A stretch of 64,000 nt of DNA from Lytechinus pictus (Eukaryota), in NCBI RefSeq assembly GCF_037042905.1, contig NC_087252.1:9798001-9862000 (forward strand), read 5' to 3'. How positions within the stretch are numbered: the first letter of the stretch is position 1; the number at the start of each line of letters is the position of its first letter. A program made the translations under genes and the position numbers. Under the pieces are notes generated by a model. It saw nothing but the letters and a program-made list of their open reading frames with translations. It was not told the DNA's origin and searched no databases. Shown one piece after another: positions 40,165-52,100 of the stretch.

Positions 40165-43100
40165 TTACATCTGTTCTGTGGTGTATTCGGTCTCAGCGAC
40201 AAAACCACTTTTGTCTTCAGTCTTAAGGATATGCTTCGAGTAGCGGACGGAGGATTCTTCTTTTTCTTCAATGTCTTCCTCTGAACAATCAAAATCTGCG
40301 TATGTATGATGGATGGTGACATCATCTTTCTCCGGATCTTCTTGCTGTCCTAGTTGATCTTCAGGCACGGATTCGTATTCGGGATCATTGACGCGCTGTG
40401 AAAATATCGATGAAAAATATTGTATGGATGTTATTCACTTTTGAAATTATATCTTGGCTTGCTCCTAAAATCGGGTTTTAACTATGATGATTATGGGTAG
40501 ATAACGATGATGATAGCGGTAGTGATAATGATTTTATGCATTAGTGTTATATAGGCCTAACTGATATACACACAGACTAGAGAATTAATATTTACTTCAA
40601 CTTCCGATGCGACACCGTTGTCAATCGTCGCCTTTTGTGACTGGGATGGAGCTGTCGACAAGGGCGTCTTGTTAAAAGTTTTCAATCTTCTTGCACGATC
40701 TAGGGATAAAAGAAAAACCCAATAAGTTCTCGGCTCTAACAATTTGTATGCATATATTTACGCATTTTCTGTTGCACACTTACAGTTTCTGTTAGGTGTT
40801 GTATCACAAACAAAATTTTAATATCCACTGATCAAATTTTCATATAGAGGGTTAGATAATGTTTGCCATTGAATTGCAGTCATGATTTTTTTTTAATTCC
40901 CATACTTGTATGGCTATACACCGATCCATATAACACATTGAAAATTGTTTCGAATCGGTTCCTAAGGAATATAGTATATTTGACTCAATGAAATTATATT
41001 CTCGCTTTAATTAAAACGATATTATCATATATTAACTTTTATTCTCTTGATTCATGAAAAATGCATCGAATTCTTTAACGAAAATACCATAGGTTCCATC
41101 GATAGAATATATGCCAAGTAAATTTCAAATCGTTGTATATAAGATTAAACTAATAATTATAATAATGATATAGGGTATTTATATTGCGCACATATCCACC
41201 TTGTTAGGTGCTCAAGGCGCTCATATATTACCCGGCTAAGCTAGGCGTTCATAGCGCACACAGCTTTTTAAGGAATTAATTCCTACCGGTATACCCATTT
41301 ACCTCACCTGGGTTGAGTGCAGCACACTGTGGATCAGTTTCTCGCTGAAGGAAATTACGCCATGGCTGGGATTCAAACCCACAACCCTCTGTTTCAAAGT
41401 CCGAAGACTAATCCACTGGGCCACAACGCTCCACTATTTCATTTATCCATTCCCGGATTACATTAACAAAATATTTTGAGACACACGCTTTACATGACAA
41501 AGTAAATATATTACGCCTAATATAATATATGCTTTAATTATAGATCATGAGAAATGTTTGCATATTGGAAGTAAAGCGGATGGGCTTCCAGAAATATGGA
41601 AATGGTTGTAAGAGACAAAATATCACAATTTTAAGTTTGGGTGAGAAAACTGATTATCACAGCTAAGTGAGGCGCTCCAATTTGAATTAAAAATTTGCAT
41701 CAGTCATACATCAAAACTTTTTCAAGGATCTCGTACTAAGCTTTTCTATCATATTGCACGTATTCGGCAGCTAATAAAAAAGTATAACTCTGACAGCCAA
41801 CGACACCCTTGAAAGCAATCATTTTTTAGCATGCTTGATACCATACCCCTAATATTTTCCAATATCGTTACGACTAATTTCTTGCAATTGGCTCATTCCC
41901 AAAAGAAGCGGAGATCATGGAGATAGAAAACCAAACAGAAAGCTGATGGATCTGCAATTGAAGGTACAGTATTTTGCCTGCAATTGACTTCACCTTTATT
42001 TCGCGTGCAAGAGTGTGGGTGAAAAGACATAAGATTTCTCCTACCCCTTTTTTTCTTCATCTTCAAACACATCGTAAAAGCAATCAAAGCTGCAAGGACA
42101 GCGACACAGGCACTGATGGGGGCGGTTAAATGTTGGCCAACAAATGCAGGAGTATTAACTGCATCATCTGGAGATTTAGAATGAAAGTTTGAATCGTAAA
42201 TTAATTATTAGTCGTTACATGACATGTAAGCATAACCAAAGTTTAGTTCTGTTTAGAAGCAATTTGTCATTGATCAATACATTTTCTCTGTGACATAGTT
42301 TACCAGGATCCGGTCTAAAAAATAGTAGCAATTGATACAATCATAGGTCCATGATACAATCAACCACAATAATGGAAAGCCAGCAATGTCAGCATCTAAA
42401 ATGCATGTTTCTTCGAAATATTTTAGAGATATGATGTAATATATTCCTACATTCGTTTTCTTGAGAATTCAGTGTGCTTATTTTTGTTTACAAAAGGAGA
42501 TACACCGTAACTCTTTGCAAGGCGGGGCTCAGATGTGTGCTAAAGTAGACACCCACGGGTTTAAGCAGGAAAGTTTTAATTTCTCATACTACGAATCCAC
42601 GGGCGGATCCTGTTTTTTTTTTTTTAATGGGGTTGCATTTTGTTCCAGGAAAAAAATTAACAAGCAAAAAAAAAATGTATGCATTTATTTTTTTTACTAA
42701 AATTTTGTAATTCATTCATTTATTGGTTACAGTTTTGTTCTTATAATCCCGGTAACTATTTAATAACCAAATTAATTATCAGAAAACTAGAAACATCTGT
42801 ATGAAGCGCCTTATAAATGTTATAATCAGTATAATTGTTGTTATAAAAAATCTCCTGAAAAATCAGAGCGGGGGGGGGGGGGGGGGTCATAGGCCGGATG
42901 TGCCACGTAGGCCTACTGTCTGAATCGATGATATGAAAATACTACTTTGCTCTTTGTTAACTATACCAAATGTATGAGATTATTCTGTTTATAACAGGCC
43001 GGATGTACCACGTAGGCGTTGTGGCGTGCGCCTGTAATCCAAGCTGTGGGGAAGTTACAAATTGATGCAGAGGTTCGAGCCCTGGTCACGTCTTTCGGAT

Positions 43101-46100
43101 GGTGACGTTAAAGGTCGGTCCCAGACGTAAATAATCATATCTGATTGATACACGTCTGACAAAACTCAAACACACACACACACACACACGTAGGCCTATT
43201 GTCCGAATCGATGATATAAAAAATACTACTTTGCTCTTTGTTAACTATACCAAATGTATGAGATTATTCTGTTTATAACGGAATGTCCATATCGAAGTAC
43301 TTGTCAGTTTGGATATTACAATAGATCACAAGCAGTAACATTCTTCTGGAGAAAATGAAATTGAAGATCAACCAAATTCTGGATCATCCGATGTTCGTAT
43401 TTAGACCTTCTTTTAGAGTTTAAAAAAAAAATCATCTGTACAACATCTTTATAGTTACGTACAATTAAATTTACGTTCGCCTGTTAAGGTATTGAACCGC
43501 TTCCACTTAATACTGATTCGAAACCGCCCTATTTAGATAAAAAATAAGCTTGTAATGAATTTTCTATTGGGAAAACTAAATTAAAGATATAATTCAATTT
43601 CTGCAATTCAACAACATACGATACTTCATAACACCTTTGGGCGTTTCATGAAAGGACTTTTCGGACGTTTTATTCGACAAAGTCCCATTTTATCCGACAG
43701 ATACCATATCAAAAGTGCTTTTCTGCCAATCAGAATCAAGGAAAGTTGTCAGATCTGACAACTTTTTGGACAAAAATGTTGATGAAACGGTCCCCAGATG
43801 ATGAAATCATTGATGTTAATTACTTTGGACAAATCAACTGGTTAGAAACACAGTGTGTTATTAAAAAAGTAACAGTGTACCCCAGAATACCAGAAATGCA
43901 TTGACGTCTACTTACTCTCCTGGTCGGAGGTGGATATTTGAATGATCTCGCTGTCTTTGCTGACCCCGAGAGCATTCTGACTCTTCACGGTGACTAGGTA
44001 TGTCGTAGACGGCCGAAGCCCTGCGATCGTGAGATGTGTCTGTGTTACTTCGGAGATGGTCGTACATTCTACGGTATCATTGACTAGACAAAATGTCACT
44101 GTGAACGTTTTAAACATTTCTCCCGACGCCGCGTTGCTCTCCCATGATATTGAGAAAGAGGTAGCTGTTATTGAGGATTCCACAACTGAAGCGTTATAGG
44201 GGGCTGCAAGTTGGTCATTATCTGTTGAAAAGGGAAGACAAGTCGGATTGAGCAATCATCCACCTACCTTTTAATGTTTTTTCCCTAATACCTTGATTGT
44301 TTGAGAAATTTTGATTTTAAAGTGCGTTTCTCTATTCATTTTTTTATTAACATTATTATTATCATTATTATATCTATTATTACTGGTGAAAGGGACATTT
44401 TCAGTAAAAAACAATTTTTTCTATGGGGGGGGGGGGGGAGGGAGGGCACTAACTCTTGGTGTCTGAGAAATAGATTTTAATATCTTTGTGATACAAACAC
44501 GTTTTTTAATATATGTAATCTAAATATCACTTTATATGAGTAATTTGAGGTGTTATTAAAGCGGCAGTTGTAGAAATTCACACTAATTTCATGATTTCGT
44601 TCTCAGGTAGGATAGCAACTGTAATTTATCATTTTATAGATAATTTTCATATAAGAAAAGGGGCAAACGAGGTAGCCACTTCAGTTCCGAAAACTGCTCT
44701 CCCAGCGGTCCCTGCTAATGTTGTTACCCGGCTAAGCTAGCCTACCGATTCAGGTGCACACAGCTTTTTGAGTAATTATTTCCTGTCGATACCCAGTTAT
44801 CTCACCTGGGTTAAGTACAGCACAGTGTGGATAAATTTCTTGCTGAAGGAAAACACGCCACGGCCAGGATTCGAACCCACGACCCTCTGTTCGGGCGAGA
44901 GTCAGAACCACTAGACCACGTCGCGCCCATATTGATATTAGTACTCTTTTAACTTTGATTTTGTTTCCCACCAAAGTTAAAATGCATCACATCCTATAAA
45001 GAAGAGACACCCCTAGCAAGAGCAATCCTTGACAAAATCCATGCCTTTTAGATGACACACATGAAATGGTTTAATATTGGCTTTTTAAATGACAAGTCCA
45101 TCCCAACAAAAAAATTAATTTTCAATAAAAAAAAATCTCAAAACAGTTTTGCACATTCTGGTTGGTCTGCAAATGAGGTAACCGATGACGTCACCAAATC
45201 ACTATTTATTTTGAACTGTATTATATGAAATACAGTTACAGTTACCATTGTTTAACATGTTATGGTTCAATAGATGATCCTTATTGTCACATCGCTAAGA
45301 AACTAAATATTTTATAATTCAGATAATAAGAAACACAATAAATAGTAAGTGTAGGATATCACTGATCATGACACTCATTTGCATATCACTGAGTTATGCA
45401 TATATATTGTAAATGATAAACGAAACTTTAAAATGTCATACACTCTAAAAACACACGAAGAGGTCAATTAGCTCTTAAAGAGCGTGTATAGTGACTGCTC
45501 TTCGGGGAGCTGATTTTTTTCGTTCGAATTTGAACTAGACAAATTAGCACTCCGAAGTGCAGTTACTATACAAGCTCTTTAAGATAAAAAAAAAAATAGC
45601 ACTTCGTTTTTTTATAGTGTAATTTTTTTAATTTTTTTTGCATCCGATTTTACTGATTTTTTTTGTTGTCTTGTTCTTGTTTATTTTTTTTTCTTATTTA
45701 AGTCAACATCTTTCTGGGATGGACCTGACCTTTAAGAAACAAAGTTTTACAGTCAACATCATTACACAAAAAGTTTAAAAAGAAACGAGACAAATAATTA
45801 CCTTCATTGTAATGAATATCAGATGGCAAGCTGAAGAGGCCATGATGAACACTTCGCACTTTGATATTACCCACTGACCAGCCAGTAGGGATTGGGACAG
45901 CTCCCCCAACACCAACACAGTCGATTCTCAACCTTGGGTCGATTTCGTCTGTAGTGGTGGTGGCATTTACCAGTTGAAAGCAGAGACCAAATGGCAGTGG
46001 GCCATTCCAGGTATCAGGCCGAGTTATATCCACTCGGTTCTCTATGGTGTCATATACAGCCTTTATACCTGATTCCGTGGATCGCATATTGACGTAATGC

Positions 46101-49100
46101 ATGTAATATATGAATTGAAAAACATAAATAAAATAAATAAATTGATAAATATTAAAGTAGTCAACCCAATTCATTTAAAAAAAGTGTATAACTCTACAAG
46201 TATTATATTACAAATATTCCAATATTCAAAGTAGGAATATTCATTTCGAAAAGTGTATAACTTGTTGAAGTATGTTTATCTTCACAAAAAGTATCTCAAA
46301 GTAAAAGAAGATTTTAAGACCGGTACGTATCATGTTTATGCTTTACATGATGACATTACGAACCGACCCTTAACATGCTCAACCTAAATTGAATTAAAAT
46401 TAAAATTTGACAAAAAAGGTCTTCAATCATATTAAATAAAGGATTTCGTACCAGAAAAAAAGGTCTTCAAGCTTGTCAGGGGGGGGGGGGGGGAGATACG
46501 TCATTTGCATGAGTTGTGACTCGTTGGGGGGGGGGGGGGCAGACTGGCCCGCTGCCCCCCCCCCCCCCGTAGGTACAAAAAAACCCCATTTAAATCTGAT
46601 CTTTCCTTACTCACCTAGTTCCGACGGAGCCAATGCTGAAAGATAAAAATACACAATAAATACATTTATTTTTTCACTCCTAATTTGATATTACATTTCA
46701 GCATTTTTAATGTAAAGAATGTTTAAATTTCTACTAACCCAGACATGCCAGAAAAGATAACCATGTATAATGTATAATGTCTGTGCATTAGCGTTACAAA
46801 TGACACACGATTGTAAACAGGAGTATTCATGCTTTCCAATGATACAATTTTTACATAATGATAAGGGCACAATAAAACATTTATTAACGCTCAAATTTGA
46901 GTTGCGGTACTTTTTGATGGGTTAGTAATGACGATATGGTCATGACATATGTTTTCCGCAAATTGGAGATTTGAAAGGTGTCAAGTTCTTTTTTTATGTA
47001 CATGGTATGTATGAAATAACTCCCTAGGTTGGGATTACTTTTATTTAGATAGGTATCTATTATATTCGGGAATCCTTACGTTTTGTTACTATTTTAGTAG
47101 GGTCGCTGATTTTGCCAGTACCAAATGCATTCCTGCTCATTATAGTTACTCTGTAGACTGTCGATGGCCAAAGATGGGCGATTGCCAGTCTCGGCTGCGT
47201 GACATTGGATATCTTAGTGCAATTGAGGACAGTGCAACACTTCACGGTAAATGTTTCTGGATACTCATTTGAAGATGTACTTTGCCAAATGATTGTGAAG
47301 GAAGATGTGGTGACAGAATGCTTCAGAACGGCAACGTTGGTTGGTTTATCAGGTAAATCTGCGAACATGGAATGAAAGGATACCATGTGATCGTGTCATT
47401 TTATTCATTAGTCTATATGGAAATTAATCATTTAACAAAATCCAGTATTGTCTTATTTTGTATCCAAGGGGTGATAGATTCCCTGATTTTATAGTCGGCT
47501 ATTTTGATTTGGTTACCACTAACTTCGACCGTTCAGGGAAATTATGTGTGCGAGTTAACCGGGGATATAAAGTGGATGTAAATGGTACGCCAGGGGTGTA
47601 ACTTTCTACATGTATGCATATTTTAAGAAAAACTAACTGTATTATTAAAAACCGACCATTAGTTTATCTTCTCGAAATTAGCAATGTTGTTCTCCCCTCC
47701 AATTTTGTCCCCACATCACCCCTTTGAGAAAAAGAGAGACGGGCTATCATATCGTGTAATGAGCGCTGACATTCGATGATCAATACGTGCGAAAATTCCT
47801 TTCTGATGTGGCCACAGAGAGAATCACCAGTGAAGCGTTTTATCAACATGTTTGTCCGACGCGATATCAGATCTTGACAACTTTTCTTGATTCCCTATGA
47901 AATGGTCCCTTCATGAAAGGTTCCCCTGCATATCTCTTTAGTAAAACTTCTATATGCCTTTTTGCAAGAACGTTGAATAATACATTTTGATCACAAGCCG
48001 ATCCAATAAAGATAAAAAGCTTTGACACTTACCTCCAACTCTCAAGGTAATATAGACTTGAAGATTATTTGCCAGCCCCGGGTGCTCGGCTAAACATGAA
48101 AAAATTTTACTGTCGTCGTCGAGGGTGGGAATCAAATCGACCTGCCTTGATGATGTCATCAATGACGTATTACTAGTTGCTTGCAAGTTTCTCTGATTAT
48201 AAATAATCGATTTAGTGACGTCACTTACGAACCACGTGATAGTTGCATGTGGATGAGATGGGGAGGGCACAGAGCAGTTCAGACTTCGACGTTGGTTATT
48301 GGTAATATACAGAATTAGGCCCGAGTTAATGGAGGTACAAACACCGCTGATGTCCTCTATAATTAGTTTGGTTGGTGGAACTATTTTTTTAAATGAGAAC
48401 AGCCATGAAAAGAAATTAGTACTAGCGAAATATAGTATCACTGCTATGACGTATATCGAAGCTCACCGAATGGGTGATTAGTAATGTTAATGGTTTTGGC
48501 AGGTCATTACCTGTAAGTAACAAACTGGCATGCTTATGCTTGGGGTGAATATATTGCCTTCTTTAAAGATTTAAGTTTTAAAATCTAATTCCATTTTTTT
48601 TTTCAAACGAAACAAAACTTCAAACAAAACAAAAGTACATAAGATTAAGTAACACCAACTATTACTAAAGTACTTCAAACATGAGTCTATCCCAACTATG
48701 GCGTAATTTCCTTCAGCAAGAAATTGATCCACAATATGCTGCACTCAACTCAGGTGAGGTAAATGGGTACCTGGCAGGAACTTATTCCTTGAAACGTAGC
48801 CCGCGTAACAGCTGCACTGCTAAAGCAAGGGTAATTATGCTGCATATACTGTAGAGCGCTTAGAGACTTCTGACAATGTAAGTATTAAGTGCTATATAAG
48901 CAGGTATAACTATAAGGCGAATGATAATGATGTAAAGTTTTGGAGTAAGTCCCCTTGGCTCTAGTACAAGTATGAGGCTCTACACGAAACAGTCTACACG
49001 GATTAAGGTCATATATTCAATAAAAGCATCGTGAAGATGATTTAACTTATATGTTAGACAATTTACCCAAATTATACAGTGCGTCCCACAAAAAAGTAAA

Positions 49101-52100
49101 CCCGTTTTCAGAGATGATTTCACAATTATTACACATGTTTTTAACATGAATTTAATACTCATGGTAAGAGTAAAATGTCATCTTTAATTTGAGACCAGCA
49201 GTATAAAAAATTAGTCATGCATGGCAGATTGAAAAAAAAAAATATTGAGGCCTATCATGCAGAAACAATTTGTGTTAATCTGAATCCGTTATCATTTCAA
49301 GGATCAGTGAGAAAAAAGTTAACAAAGGGTACAAGAAATGCTAATGAGCCAATCGAATAAGCAAGGTTGTGGTATCAGGACCAATCTTGTCCAATTTTTC
49401 TGCCCAACCTGATTTTGAGAATAGAATTTCAAACCCATCTTGCTCATTAATGAGTCAAGTGTTTGTCACATATAATGTATCAAAATGTAGCGGAATACTT
49501 GAATTTTAGGATGATGTAAGTGAAATGCCATAATCAATTGCCTTTAAAGAAAAAGGATGTTGGAATCACGCCTTCCTTTTTTTTTCTGGGACGCACATGA
49601 ATATACGTTGATATGAAAAAAAACAATCAACTTTACAACCTAAAATGATTTGCAGTAATCAGACGACATGGCAAATCACACACAAACGCACTCCTATTTA
49701 TTCGTACGTGTACACTATCTCGACCCCCCCCCATATATACACACATGTGTGCTTACCCTTTTTCTTCTCAACAGAGTCAACATACACACGCACCATACCC
49801 CACACAACATCTCAACCAGACACTTACACTCACACTTCTCAGTCAAGGACTTGGTCATTTGCTTGCAATTTACCCGCATTCATTTGCCCTGCATAAGAAC
49901 TAGTTTGCTATATGAATCTTACAAACTGCTTTGAAAGGTCAATTTCTAAGAGAACACGTACATAGCATTTCACATTATCATTATTTTTTTTGATATAAAC
50001 TTTTATCATATAAAACATGCGAAACCGAGAGACATTAACTTGTATTCATCTTCTTAATTGGGCAATACATAATAACAATAGGTCTGTAACGAGCACAATT
50101 TCATATTATCAACCATGGAGTGTCTTGCAGCTAGTCCAATGTTGACCCGTTCAGAATGTATTCTCATGATTATTTTAAAATAAAATTTACACTAGATGGG
50201 TCAATATCACCATCCAACATAACTATGCTTATCATAGGGGAGCACTCATCAACAATTACAAATTTCTTTCATATTTTTTATGATTTTGGCAGCTTTTTCC
50301 AATTTACTTTTTACATAAACACACATAATACACACACGCATCCTTTTACATAGACATACGCGAACACACATGCATAACACCCACAAAATTCAGTAATTCA
50401 AGCATGGTCATTCGAAGAAAAGAACATAATTATTGTCATGCTTTGTCCTAATCTTTCTTTCAGCTTGAGCTTTCAAATATTACATTTTGTGGAGATGTGG
50501 ATGATACTGACCATCAAACTGGATATGTGCACGATTGCAAGTGATGCTTTAGTCTTGGAGTAGCTCTATGCTTTAATGGATTGAGTATGAAAACAACTTC
50601 ATACTTTATATAGGGAATTATTCATCCGAGGTTGGACTGGCGTTACTATTTTTCCCCGAGGGAGGAAGCCCCTAGGGGGAAATAGTTATTTTGCCAGTAC
50701 AATCGAGGATTATAATTCCCTCTATACTTTCGAAATTAAAATACCTGGTATATTAGTTGTATATCCTACTTTAATAAGTTAGAGCAATAGATCTAGATAA
50801 TCTAATTATTGTACTCGTAGTTCATCCATTTTTAATCTAAACCAAATAAGATAACCCGCTGCGCTTACTGACATACTTCTCCAGGGAGCTGTTTCATAAA
50901 GCTGTTCGTAAGTTAAGAGCGACTTGAACGACTGGAGATCCTTTCTTACGCGCTTAACCATCGCCTATGGTGTATACCATTTACCAAAAGAAAGGATCAC
51001 CAGTCGTTCTTATCTTACGAACAGCTTTATGAAACACCCACCTGAAGCGCGCGGAACGCGTATTAGTGCCTACGCCGTCATATGTGACGTCAATGATGGA
51101 ATAATAAAGCAATATCAACTGGCCTCTGGGCGATACGACATATATCGCCCGAGTTGTAGACGAGGGTGGTATCAATTTAGTGAGGGCGATGTTTGTCCTT
51201 TTCGCCTCCAGGCCAGTCAATATTGGTATTATTAACCAACTCAGACATCTAGAGCAAAAAATCGTTAAAATTCAGATATTTTAGAGTTTAAGAATTGGAA
51301 TCTATTTTTGTCATGTTGAGCAGACAGGGCCTCTTGGGCCATGTTGACGTAATTGAAATGACGCGTCCCTGACCTGGGGTTGCAGTATCCAGTGTTGTCT
51401 CAACTTGATTGTGACGAATCGCACTCGCGATTCAAGGACGCGTACAAAAACGCGTAGATTACGCAGATGTTAACTCTCTGCCTTATTGCCCGATACATTT
51501 CTACGCATTTTCTCCTAGACTTTCCTGAGCGGGCACCAAATTTGTCCGTGGTTAAACAAGTGGAAACTTATTGACCAACCACTTGGTCACAGACTTATGC
51601 AGGCATCACTGTATTAAAGTTGGCCCTGCTCAGATGTCTGATACGGTTAATAATACACTTTTCCATCATTGACGTCACGGAATAGTAAATTTCGTCTAGT
51701 GGACGTTTCATTCCAACATCATCGAAAAATAGTGATAATATGTTTGGTCACATGATGCTATTTAAACCAATCAGCACACAGGATTAAATTCTTGTAGGAC
51801 ATACTGTCAATCAAATGGGCTTGATGATGGGGTTCAGAAGATGATTAGACATTTAGGATAAGAATCCTACATCAAGTTTGACACATTTTAGAGAACTTCC
51901 CGTTTACAGTCTGGTTAATCATATTCATATAAATATTTACATTGAATATTATGAACATTTTTATTGGTATGCATTTGTGACTCTAAATGCCAAGTGATTA
52001 AATTATTGCTCAACCTTTTGGGTAGTGATAGTAGTATTTCATTGCCTGATGAAGGACACCATAATACAGCTAAAAACGTTTTACCATGACATTCTTTATA

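Noticed and set aside
41360..41432. Functional tRNA gene
   Set aside because: It is the head of a SINE whose body recurs at 44722 and 48697.
43015..43186. True 7SL gene or human Alu contamination
   Set aside because: Similarity is limited to the head, there is no S domain or Alu body, and it is integrated with a TSD in native sequence.
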